A stretch of 64,000 nt of DNA, from sequence record MG592456.1; one strand, given 5' to 3'. The notes below the pieces were generated by a model. The model saw only the letters and a list, made by a program, of their open reading frames with translations, was not told where the DNA came from and ran no database searches. Position numbers and translations under genes: made by a program. This document shows positions 19,084 to 26,084 of this stretch, one piece after another; positions within the stretch are counted from its first letter, which is position 1; each line of letters begins with the position of its first letter.

Positions 19084-19455
19084 ATGAAAAGCGAAAGAAT
19101 ACCATCATTTGATGAATATCTCAATGAAGGGTGGTTTGAACGACAATGGAGTCGATATAAAGCGGGTGCTGACTCGCGCATGATCAAGAAACTTGCAAAG
19201 ATGCATACTAAGCTACTGCATATTGAACAGAAAGCCAAACAGAACAAGTACAGATATGAAGTCGTTAGATTTAATTACGAGCATATTAAGCTGAATGTCC
19301 TAGACGCGAAACGTTTGGTGAATAAGCTGCGATACAAGAAAGGACTTGGCGAAGAGCTATTGCTGGCCATGGATAAACTTGATAAGGATCTAGATCGCCT
19401 GAATGACGTTGCGGTTGAAGGGTTAAATGAATTGATGATACACCATAAAATATAA
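19084..19455 (+). CDS. putative internal head protein
   Basis: MKSERIPSFDEYLNE/G capsid-targeting-like leader; GATAAATA late-promoter-like site upstream. Confidence 0.55.
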   Translation: MKSERIPSFDEYLNEGWFERQWSRYKAGADSRMIKKLAKMHTKLLHIEQKAKQNKYRYEVVRFNYEHIKLNVLDAKRLVNKLRYKKGLGEELLLAMDKLDKDLDRLNDVAVEGLNELMIHHKI

Positions 19456-19477
19456 AAGCCCCTTTCGGGGCCTTTTT

Positions 19478-19690
19478 TTATGCAGAGTGGCGTAACTTAT
19501 GATTAATGTGTTGATCGACAACCGTGGAGTACCATAGGTGCTTCTTATAGTACTTTTCATCTACTTTATTGCATTGATATTTTCTAAATTCTCTACGAAG
19601 GCGAGCAATGAATTTATTGAGCGCCTTACGTATTTTACAGATTTCAGCTAATTCTAAACGTTTAAGTACTTCTTCAGAAAGTATTTCCAT
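19478..19690 (-). CDS. basic hypothetical protein
   Basis: GAGG RBS before MEILSEE. Confidence 0.65.
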   Translation of the reverse strand: MEILSEEVLKRLELAEICKIRKALNKFIARLRREFRKYQCNKVDEKYYKKHLWYSTVVDQHINHKLRHSA

Positions 19691-19785
19691 GATTGTGTTA
19701 CCTCTTAGTTTATTAGAACAAGGCGGGCTAGGGAATTGAACCCCAAACAAACACCATTCCCACCATAGAAGTCACACCGTCTAGT

Positions 19786-19992
19786 TTAGTAGGCTAGACT
19801 CTGAGCGAGCCGCAATTTCTCGCGATCTGATAATTCTGTTTTTATTTCAACTACCTCCTCATCTTTTTCATCTACACTAACCGAAACCTTCTTTTTCGCA
19901 TCTGGGCCAATATTATCCCACAATGGACTTGAATACCATGCATCACTGCATTGATTACCCTTTCCGCGCCCAGCGCGTGCGTCACTACTCAT
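19786..19992 (-). CDS. hypothetical protein
   Basis: ORF overlapping the stop of 19985-20254; start uncertain. Confidence 0.45.
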   Translation of the reverse strand: MSSDARAGRGKGNQCSDAWYSSPLWDNIGPDAKKKVSVSVDEKDEEVVEIKTELSDREKLRLAQSLAY

Positions 19993-20254
19993 CAGATTTC
20001 TTCGTTGCTTGGCGTGCCAAAGCCGCAGTTCCAGCAATAGCCGCTACTTTAGCACCCGTCTTAGCAGCACTGCCCACCTTTTTTGCCTTGTCACGAAGCG
20101 AAGACTTCTTCGACTGTGGCTTGTCTTTCGACTGTGGCTTGTCTTTCGACTGTGGCTTGTCTTTCGACTGTGGCTTGTTATTTGACTTAGGCTTTTTATT
20201 CGGCTTAGCCTCTTGAAGTTGTCCCATGAACTCTTCAAAAGTTTTTTCACTCAT
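19985..20254 (-). CDS. Lys-rich putative internal head protein with KDKPQS repeats
   Basis: MSEKTFEEFMGQLQE/A leader; GGAG RBS; CTAAATA upstream. Confidence 0.7.
   Translation of the reverse strand: MSEKTFEEFMGQLQEAKPNKKPKSNNKPQSKDKPQSKDKPQSKDKPQSKKSSLRDKAKKVGSAAKTGAKVAAIAGTAALARQATKKSDE
20109..20180 (-). repeat. 18-bp coding tandem repeat, about 4 copies (KDKPQS)
   Basis: TTCGACTGTGGCTTGTCT repeated on the + strand. Confidence 0.9.
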
Positions 20255-20291
20255 TGTGATTCTCCATAGTTGAATATGATAGTATTTAGAA

Positions 20292-20666
20292 CTATAAAAA
20301 GCTTTCTGTTATGCATAGCTTAGTTTTAATCTCAATCTTGGACGGTTCACGACTCATTAGCGCATCATCAAGGGTGAATGATTCGTTGAACCCTCGAAAT
20401 TTCCGCAATGCCGCGTCTGTATGAAACTCTAAGCGCTCACATCGCGTAATAGGTGTCTTTGTTCGGTCATTGTTAGGATATACCTTGACAGCTCGATACA
20501 CGAACAATCCGTGAATTACATTAGCTGCAATTGAAATGTGACTTTGGTAGGTGTCTCCACGGAAACTGCTATGCGTATACGGGACGAATTTGATTTCTGC
20601 ATCATGGAGGGAGGCAATGCGTTTTAGCTTGCCCATTGATACGAATTTGTTATGGATCGGGAACAT
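20292..20666 (-). CDS. hypothetical protein
   Basis: 124-aa ORF downstream of a GTTTAC-type early promoter. Confidence 0.7.
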   Translation of the reverse strand: MFPIHNKFVSMGKLKRIASLHDAEIKFVPYTHSSFRGDTYQSHISIAANVIHGLFVYRAVKVYPNNDRTKTPITRCERLEFHTDAALRKFRGFNESFTLDDALMSREPSKIEIKTKLCITESFL

Positions 20667-20765
20667 GATATTTCTCGTTTAATGAATGATAGTTCAATTT
20701 ACATCATTTCTCAAACGCTGTAAACAAAAAAACCCGCCATAGGCAGGTTTATTGTGTAAATCAAC

Positions 20766-20914
20766 AGACATCGGTGCAAGTTTTCGATACATTGCAATCG
20801 GATCCGAGTCATTTCCTACTCATCACACCGAGGGCGAACATTATCGCTGAGAAAGCAGCTAGTTGCCCATATTACTTTTATAGTTTAGTTTTTATTAGTT
20901 GCTGAAAAATGTCT
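20766..20914 (-). ncRNA. CAGCAA-motif RNA, long form
   Basis: AGACAUU-UUU-CAGCAACU ... GAUGUCU closing helix; follows tRNA-Ser and precedes a terminator. Confidence 0.5.
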
Positions 20915-20927
20915 TATTTACGTAATC

Positions 20928-21016
20928 TGGCAGAGATAGTGGGAGTCGAACCCACACAGCGCTATTAACACCGGACGCCTTAGCAGGGCGTTGACATACC
21001 GTTAGTCCATATCTCT
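20928..21016 (-). tRNA. trnS: tRNA-Ser(GCT)
   Basis: cloverleaf, ACGCC-CTGCTAA-GGCGT, long variable arm, CCA. Confidence 0.95.
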
Positions 21017-21225
21017 GTAATTTTCCACCATTGTGGTTGACACACTGCCCAATCCCAAGTGCCGTGACTAAACCATGTAGCTTTCCTTGCTGGCATGTCT
21101 AGTTCCCTTGCTGGCTCACGGTCTACATACGAATACCTTTTCGCTTTACGCCGATACCATTGCAATTTAAAGACCCCGCATTCAGGTCTATTCACCATCT
21201 TTCGATTCGCATTGCTAGGTGAATT

Positions 21226-21302
21226 TGGTGCGTGTAGAGAGATTCGAACTCTCACATTCTAGCGTTTGAAGCTAGCGACTCTGCCAATTGGCCTATACAC
21301 GC
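21226..21302 (-). tRNA. trnL: tRNA-Leu(CAA), short variable loop
   Basis: CTAGC-TTCAAAC-GCTAG, A73, CCA. Confidence 0.9.
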
Positions 21303-21384
21303 TTTGTCTTACTTGCATTCACTATACTATGCTTTATACAAGTGTTAAACAATTTATTTGAATTAAATTCAAATCTTTCTAAAT

Positions 21385-21461
21385 TGGTGCGCGTAAGCGG
21401 AGTCGAACCGCTATCAAAGAGATTTTAAATCTCCCACCTCTGCCAATTGGATCATACGCGC
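21385..21461 (-). tRNA. trnL: tRNA-Leu(TAA), short variable loop
   Basis: GGAGA-TTTAAAA-TCTCT, A73, CCA. Confidence 0.9.
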
Positions 21462-21512
21462 AAAGTTTGTTCTGTCATTAGTACTTATAACTATACTTTT
21501 GACGTTTGAATT

Positions 21513-21588
21513 TGGAGCTGGTACGCAGAATCGAACTGCGACCTAAGGATTTGCAATCCCCTATCCTACCTGATTAGACCATAGGAGC
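21513..21588 (-). tRNA. trnC: tRNA-Cys(GCA) with two C:C mismatches in the acceptor stem
   Basis: GGGGA-TTGCAAA-TCCTT, U73, CCA; the 5' end overlaps the endonuclease ORF. Confidence 0.75.
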
Positions 21589-22197
21589 ATGTTTACAATT
21601 ATCAAAGTGCCACCGTTTCATAACACCGCCCTTGCCAACTTTACCACAATGAGGACACGTGACTTCATCAATCGAGTGTTCTTCATAATGCCTCTTCAAA
21701 CTCTCTGAAATTTTTTGCTTTTGTGATTCAGTCTTATCTTGTTTGCCAATCTTTATACCATGTTCGACCGCCGCAGCATAACGCTCTTCGCCACGTTTTA
21801 CCCAATAATTATCAGCGTACTTCTCTCTGATTTTATCACTCACCGCACGACCAGACAACGTTTTAGAAATTTTCGCCTTAGATTCATCAGTGTGTGGTAT
21901 CCCACTACGATTAAGATGGTCGAACCCACCTTCACCACCCAACTTCAGATTATATGTCATGGAGTTTTCTACAAACTCACGATCAACATACACAGCCTCA
22001 CGCTCGTACATTTCATCAGAACTGTCACATTGTTCTAGAATTTCACACTCGAAGCTATCAACGCCATACTTGTTAATTGCACGTTTCAGAAGCTTACCGG
22101 ATCCGATATACCCATCTTCTAGGTCTTCGGTTTTGTGTGCTCCGATGTAGATCTTACCATTGGTTTTATTAGTGGTTTTATAAACAATATAATACAT
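21574..22197 (-). mobile_element. free-standing Seg-like GIY-YIG homing endonuclease gene with NUMOD3 and C-terminal CPHC..RWHFDNC domain
   Basis: IVY-KTTN..NGKIYIG..K...GYIGSG..L..AI.KYG..F..EIL; inserted in the tRNA cluster as T4 segB is. Confidence 0.85.
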
Positions 22198-22203
22198 ATC
22201 AAA

Positions 22204-22252
22204 CTCCTATACTATTATTTATAATAGTAGTATAAGAGTTTAACAATGTCAA
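22204..22252 (-). promoter_or_regulatory. homing-endonuclease control region: late promoter inside an SD-sequestering hairpin plus a sigma70 promoter
   Basis: TATAAATA at 22216-22223 within the stem ACTATTAT/ATAATAGT, which extends into AGG of the SD; TTGACA-N17-TACTAT at 22224-22252. Confidence 0.65.
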
Positions 22253-22267
22253 TAAAAAAAGAATACC

Positions 22268-22385
22268 TAGGTTGAGCGGAACAGCGTGCAATAATCAATA
22301 GAATTCAAGTATGACTCTACCTATGCGCATCACCGTCTACTATGTCGGGCTATCCATTATGCCCCGTGATGCAATTCCAAACCTA
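22268..22385 (-). ncRNA. unidentified structured RNA
   Basis: nested helices UAGGUU/AACCUA, GGAA/UUCC, GCAUCAC/GUGAUGC, GGGC/GCCC; no ORF; U tract after it. Confidence 0.5.
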
Positions 22386-22563
22386 ATTAGCTCTGTTTAG
22401 TCGTTTTAGTCCTCGACGATATCCAGTCTCGCTTTATCGAATCTCTTCGATATAACTACTATACATCTTGATACAACGACAATAAACAACTATTTTCATT
22501 TAATTTCACTTTTCAGAATAAAATTAAAAAAAAAGGATAATCTTTCGATTATCCTTAAATGAT

Positions 22564-22655
22564 GTGCATTGCTCGGCTTACTGGCGATCTTAATGGGTAT
22601 TTCAAGCATACAGAATTTCCGAGCGCTACTACAATGCTTTTTTCGCTAAATGCAC
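22564..22655 (-). ncRNA. unidentified structured RNA directly 3' of tRNA-His
   Basis: GUGCAUU/AAUGCAC and GCUCGG/CCGAGC helices. Confidence 0.45.
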
Positions 22656-22657
22656 TT

Positions 22658-22734
22658 TGGGGTGACCGACGGGACTCGAACCCGCAACCGCCATCTTCAC
22701 AGGATGGAGCTCTCCCAGTTGAGCTACGGCCACA
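22658..22734 (-). tRNA. trnH: tRNA-His(GTG)
   Basis: CCATC-CTGTGAA-GATGG, C73, CCA; the genomic -1 base is T, not G. Confidence 0.93.
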
Positions 22735-22747
22735 CCAAAGTACACTT

Positions 22748-22822
22748 TGGTAGTTCTGGAGAATTTCGAAATCTCGACTTCTTCCTTGTAAGGGAAGCAC
22801 TCTGCCTCTGAGTTACAGAACT
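22748..22822 (-). tRNA. trnV: tRNA-Val(TAC)
   Basis: CTTCC-CTTACAA-GGAAG, CCA. Confidence 0.95.
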
Positions 22823-22986
22823 ATTCTTTTAGAATAAAATATAGGATAAATCCAGAACACACGAATCATTTTAACTTCGTAAGTTGGCGCATGACGATTG
22901 TCACAATTATACAGTGTCAATACATTGAAAAACTGCCACCACTTATCAGGCTTAACGTATTTCTTCGAATTATCATAAAGATTCAT
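22813..22986 (-). CDS. small hypothetical protein (57 aa)
   Basis: GAGA RBS, MNLYDNSKK...; the stop falls in the 5' end of tRNA-Val. Confidence 0.55.
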   Translation of the reverse strand: MNLYDNSKKYVKPDKWWQFFNVLTLYNCDNRHAPTYEVKMIRVFWIYPIFYSKRIVL

Positions 22987-23002
22987 ATTATATTCTCAAT
23001 TA

Positions 23003-23190
23003 AATTGAAGTGATGTGCCGAGTTAGCGGAGTACTGTTTCAACCCTCTGGGTCTCGCCTGCACATCATTATCCCACACGTTACTTTACTTCAAAAACATC
23101 GCTCATCGTCGCGTGTATACTTCAATTCAGCATAAGCCTCTCTTCCGATATACAAGCGGAAGTTACATTTGATTCTCCACGACATTGAGC
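23003..23190 (-). ncRNA. unidentified structured, possibly pseudoknotted RNA
   Basis: helices AAUUGAAGU/ACUUCAAUU, GAUGUGC/GCACAUC, CUUCCG/CGGAAG, GCUCA/UGAGC. Confidence 0.55.
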
Positions 23191-23195
23191 AAATT

Positions 23196-23271
23196 TGGAG
23201 CAGGAGACGAGATTCGAACTCGCGGCTTCCGACGTGGAAGGACGGCACTCTACCAATTGAGTTACACCTGC
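23196..23271 (-). tRNA. trnG: tRNA-Gly(TCC)
   Basis: CCGTC-CTTCCAC-GTCGG, U73, CCA. Confidence 0.93.
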
Positions 23272-23497
23272 TTTAAAACTTTAGAATTAAGTATTTTATA
23301 CACGAATATCAGGTTCGTGTCAATCTGAAGCATTAAACAAATCTTGAATTGCTTTCAAGTTTGCTAGCTCTACTTTAAGTGCTCTTATAAAGAACGGGTT
23401 TGACTCATAAAAAAGTCTGTCTTCAACATCACGTATTTGCACACGAATGTTGCCCTTGCTTAGTGTAAAGTAATCATGCTTCTTTTCCTTTAGAATT

Positions 23498-23573
23498 TGG
23501 TAGTGCCACTGACAATCGAAGTCAGAACTGAACCGTTATGAGCGGTCCGCTATGCCACTTTAGCTACAGCACC
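23498..23573 (-). tRNA. tRNA(CAT), elongator Met or Ile2
   Basis: GACCG-CTCATAA-CGGTT, A73, CCA. Confidence 0.85.
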
Positions 23574-23876
23574 ATTGTAGCAACTATTAGTTGCTATGGA
23601 TATCAAGATACAGATAATCACGAAGTGTTTTATCGTCTTTTGCTTTAATCGCGGTTGACTATTCACTTTATTCGCTAGTGAAAGCTATCGCCTGATTCAG
23701 TGACGCACCTATTCTCATGTTTCCATAAGAAGATATCTTTCTCTTGAGACAATGCAAGCACTATCCGAGTTAAGATGATCACTTTGAGTATGATTATTTT
23801 TTGCGGTACATTATCTTACTCAACATATGCGCCATGCCGAAGCAGAGGGATCACAGTATGATGAGCTTCTTAATTT

Positions 23877-23952
23877 TGGTACGCCTACTAGGATTCGAAC
23901 CTAGACTTCAACCTTAGAAGGGTCGAGTGCTCGTCCATTACACCATAAGCGC
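23877..23952 (-). tRNA. trnR: tRNA-Arg(TCT)
   Basis: CGACC-CTTCTAA-GGTTG, CCA. Confidence 0.93.
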
Positions 23953-24032
23953 TTTGTAAAAAACTATTCCATAAGCTGTCATCGAAGATGATAGTAAGTG
24001 AAAATTCGATACTCATGTGAATAGTGTTAAAT

Positions 24033-24108
24033 TGGTGGAGACGGTCGGAGTCGAACCGACAACAGTCTGCGTGCAAGGCAAACTCGCTCCCTCAGTACAT
24101 GCGTCCCC
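24033..24108 (-). tRNA. trnA: tRNA-Ala(TGC), irregular D arm
   Basis: G3:U70, A73, TTTGC-CTTGCAC-GCAGA, CCA. Confidence 0.9.
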
Positions 24109-24115
24109 AATTTGT

Positions 24116-24337
24116 TTATGATAGATTAGCGACTACTGCTTCACTCCAGCCATATAGCTCATCAAGTTCGTCTGCATCGTCAATGCCAGTATCTTTTAAC
24201 AGACTAGATATGACCATCTGCTCGATTTCGTCAGACGTTGCGTCCGCTGCCACTGAATATACTTCTTCGTTGTTATTGCCACCGAATTGACCACCGAAGT
24301 CATATTCACACCAAACTTGGATATATTTTAAGCTCAT
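24116..24337 (-). CDS. small acidic hypothetical protein
   Basis: 73-aa ORF with GAGA RBS between tRNAs. Confidence 0.7.
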   Translation of the reverse strand: MSLKYIQVWCEYDFGGQFGGNNNEEVYSVAADATSDEIEQMVISSLLKDTGIDDADELDELYGWSEAVVANLS

Positions 24338-24359
24338 ATATTTCTCACATAATTAAAAA

Positions 24360-24433
24360 TGGTGCTTCTAGGCGGACTCGAACTGCCACGACTTGATTAC
24401 AAAACAAGCATACTGCCATTATATTATAGAAGC
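24360..24433 (-). tRNA. trnT: tRNA-Thr(TGT)
   Basis: CTTGT-TTTGTAA-TCAAG, CCA. Confidence 0.9.
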
Positions 24434-24438
24434 GAATC

Positions 24439-24543
24439 TGAGTGTGTATTTACCAGCGCACCAGCGTGCATACCAAGCACTGCGAGAATCGAACTCGCGC
24501 CGTTCGTGTAAAAGACGAATTTGTTGTTTGCTGTAAACACTCA
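24439..24543 (-). ncRNA. circularly permuted tRNA mimic (YrlA-like) with CAGCAA motif and Lys anticodon loop
   Basis: terminal helix UGAGUGU/ACACUCA, UUA-CAGCAAAC, UUCGU-CUUUUAC-ACGAA, GCGAG-UUCGAUU-CUCGC T arm, loop-closed GUGC/GCAC acceptor-like stem, D-like arm; no CCA. Confidence 0.8.
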
Positions 24544-24551
24544 ATAGTATT

Positions 24552-24625
24552 TGGCAGGTCTAATAGGGTTCGAACCTATACCACGTCTGTCAAAGAGACG
24601 GGTGCTTCCATTACACCATAGACCT
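24552..24625 (-). tRNA. trnQ: tRNA-Gln(TTG)
   Basis: CGTCT-CTTTGAC-AGACG, G73, CCA. Confidence 0.95.
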
Positions 24626-24647
24626 AAATTTATTCATAAATGATTTT

Positions 24648-24723
24648 TGGCAGAGCCGACGGGTTTCGATCCCGCTACCTTCGCTGTGACAGAGCGATGT
24701 TCTACCGATTGAACTACGGCTCT
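24648..24723 (-). tRNA. trnD: tRNA-Asp(GTC)
   Basis: TCGCT-CTGTCAC-AGCGA, G73, CCA; T loop ATCGAAA; the leader pairs with CCA and trailer. Confidence 0.93.
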
Positions 24724-24766
24724 CCAAAAATCACTTTGGGATGCTTAACTGTGCATCAACAGAATT

Positions 24767-24841
24767 TGGCAGGGGTACAAGGACTCGAACCCTGACGAGC
24801 GGATTTGGAATCCGCCATGCTACCATTGACATCACACCCCT
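24767..24841 (-). tRNA. trnW: tRNA-Trp(CCA)
   Basis: GCGGA-TTCCAAA-TCCGC, G73, CCA. Confidence 0.95.
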
Positions 24842-24855
24842 ATGTACTTTAAAAC

Positions 24856-24929
24856 TGGTAGTCTCACAGAGACTTGAACTCTGACCGTTCGGTTATCAGC
24901 CGAGTGCTCTACCATTGAGCTATGAGACT
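24856..24929 (-). tRNA. trnI: tRNA-Ile(GAT)
   Basis: CTCGG-CTGATAA-CCGAA, CCA. Confidence 0.93.
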
Positions 24930-24933
24930 AAAT

Positions 24934-25020
24934 TGGCGGAAGAATAGAGATTCGAACTCTAATGCCCATTTCTGAACGTCGGTTTTCAAGACCGGTGCAA
25001 TACCATTATGCGATTCTTCC
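24934..25020 (-). tRNA. trnS: tRNA-Ser(TGA)
   Basis: CCGGT-CTTGAAA-ACCGA, long variable arm, G73, CCA. Confidence 0.95.
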
Positions 25021-25026
25021 ATTGTT

Positions 25027-25103
25027 TGGTTGCGTGAGGGTAGATTCGAACTACCGACCTTTAGCTTATGAGGCTAACGAGCTGACCACTGCTCTACTCC
25101 GCA
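25027..25103 (-). tRNA. trnM: tRNA-Met(CAT), initiator-like D arm, bulged acceptor stem
   Basis: TTAGC-CTCATAA-GCTAA, CCA; acceptor 3' strand is 8 nt. Confidence 0.85.
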
Positions 25104-25119
25104 TTTGTATCTTAATTTG

Positions 25120-25308
25120 TTACTTTTCGAACTGAACTTTACATGCGTCTGACTCAAAAACAAACTTACCAGTCGCATTTTCTTGAATCTCGACTGTACA
25201 TCGTTTAGTATCAAGCTCACCACTTGTTGTTACATCTTTAACTGTGATGCCAGATGCAGCACATGCAGTCAATGATAATGCCATTACAATTGCAGCAATA
25301 AATTTCAT
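25120..25308 (-). CDS. small lipoprotein
   Basis: MKFIAAIVMALSLTAC lipobox. Confidence 0.8.
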   Translation of the reverse strand: MKFIAAIVMALSLTACAASGITVKDVTTSGELDTKRCTVEIQENATGKFVFESDACKVQFEK

Positions 25309-25327
25309 GTAAAACCTTTTCTGAATT

Positions 25328-25413
25328 TGGTGGTTCACCTAGGACTCGAACCTAGAATACCCGTTAGGGTGGAGGATTTACAATCCCCTGACTTACCATT
25401 AGTCTAATGAACC
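25328..25413 (-). tRNA. trnY: tRNA-Tyr(GTA)
   Basis: GGGGA-TTGTAAA-TCCTC, long variable arm, CCA. Confidence 0.95.
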
Positions 25414-25418
25414 GAATG

Positions 25419-25492
25419 TGGTGCTCTATACGGGAGTCGAACCCGTCTCTTCACATTGAAAGTGTGATGACCTACCGATAGTCGAATAGAGC
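25419..25492 (-). tRNA. trnE: tRNA-Glu(TTC)
   Basis: TCACA-CTTTCAA-TGTGA, CCA. Confidence 0.95.
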
Positions 25493-25586
25493 AAAAAAAA
25501 TATTTTTTAATGAAACAAGCAAGTCATTTGATTTTCATCGAATTGATCATTTAACGGGCCCAGCTTCTTTCACTAAAAGATATTTT

Positions 25587-25721
25587 CTAATATCCCTTTA
25601 ATCTTTGTCTCTGTCTAGCAGCCTTTAACTTAGCACGCTGACCGTATTGCTTTTCTAGTTTAGCACCATGATAACTATGATACTGATAATGACAAGATAA
25701 TTTCTTATAAAGACCTTTCAT
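25587..25721 (-). CDS. small basic hypothetical protein
   Basis: GGGGG RBS before MKGLYKK. Confidence 0.55.
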   Translation of the reverse strand: MKGLYKKLSCHYQYHSYHGAKLEKQYGQRAKLKAARQRQRLKGY

Positions 25722-25747
25722 ATACCCCCCTAGATTTTGATTATAAC

Positions 25748-25805
25748 AGAATGCGTTTTGCTTGAAAGCCAATTTTCAAATTTTGTTGTTTGCTGAATAC
25801 ATTCT
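25748..25805 (-). ncRNA. minimal CAGCAA-motif RNA with Glu-type anticodon loop
   Basis: AGAAUGU-AUU-CAGCAAAC...UUGG-CUUUCAA-GCAA...GCAUUCU. Confidence 0.7.
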
Positions 25806-25836
25806 TAATCTATCACAAGACTCACGCCTTGAAATT

Positions 25837-25911
25837 TGGTGCACCCTCGCAGACTCGAACTGCGTACCTCGGGACTTCAATCCGATGCTTTTCCTGTTAA
25901 GCTAAAGGTGC
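25837..25911 (-). tRNA. trnF: tRNA-Phe(GAA), atypical anticodon arm
   Basis: TCGGA-TTGAAGT-CCCGA (A31:C39, G37), short variable loop, CCA. Confidence 0.8.
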
Positions 25912-25912
25912 T

Positions 25913-25987
25913 TGGTGCGTCGCCTGAGATTTGAACTCAGACCAACTTGGTTAAAAGCCAAGTGTACTACCATTATACTAACGACGC
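25913..25987 (-). tRNA. trnK: tRNA-Lys(TTT)
   Basis: CTTGG-CTTTTAA-CCAAG, CCA. Confidence 0.95.
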
Positions 25988-26003
25988 ATTTGTTACTTTA
26001 ATA

Positions 26004-26078
26004 TGGCGCTGATGGAGAATTTCGAAATCTCGACCTGAGAGTTAACAGCTCCCTGCTCTGCCTCTGAGCTACATCAGC
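26004..26078 (-). tRNA. trnN: tRNA-Asn(GTT)
   Basis: GGGAG-CTGTTAA-CTCTC, G73, CCA. Confidence 0.95.
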
Positions 26079-26084
26079 TAAATT

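Noticed and set aside
20980-21255. 91-aa ORF between tRNA-Ser and tRNA-Leu
   Set aside because: Both ends overlap tRNA genes and there is no clear RBS; not supported as a gene.
23325-23487. Small ORF after tRNA(CAT) with a good RBS
   Set aside because: The ATG frame stops after 5 codons while an adjacent frame stays open for ~50 codons. This is probably a 1-nt homopolymer deletion or pseudogene, with no slippery site to support programmed frameshifting.
23577-23598. Seventh CAGCAA motif copy (AUAGCAACUA)
   Set aside because: It is one arm of a simple palindrome (TAGCAACTA-T-TAGTTGCTA) and lacks the helix-plus-3-nt geometry.
23590-23870. Possible large ncRNA between tRNA-Arg and tRNA(CAT)
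   Set aside because: ORF-free with a UUCG hairpin and a few short helices, but I could not build a convincing overall structure by eye.
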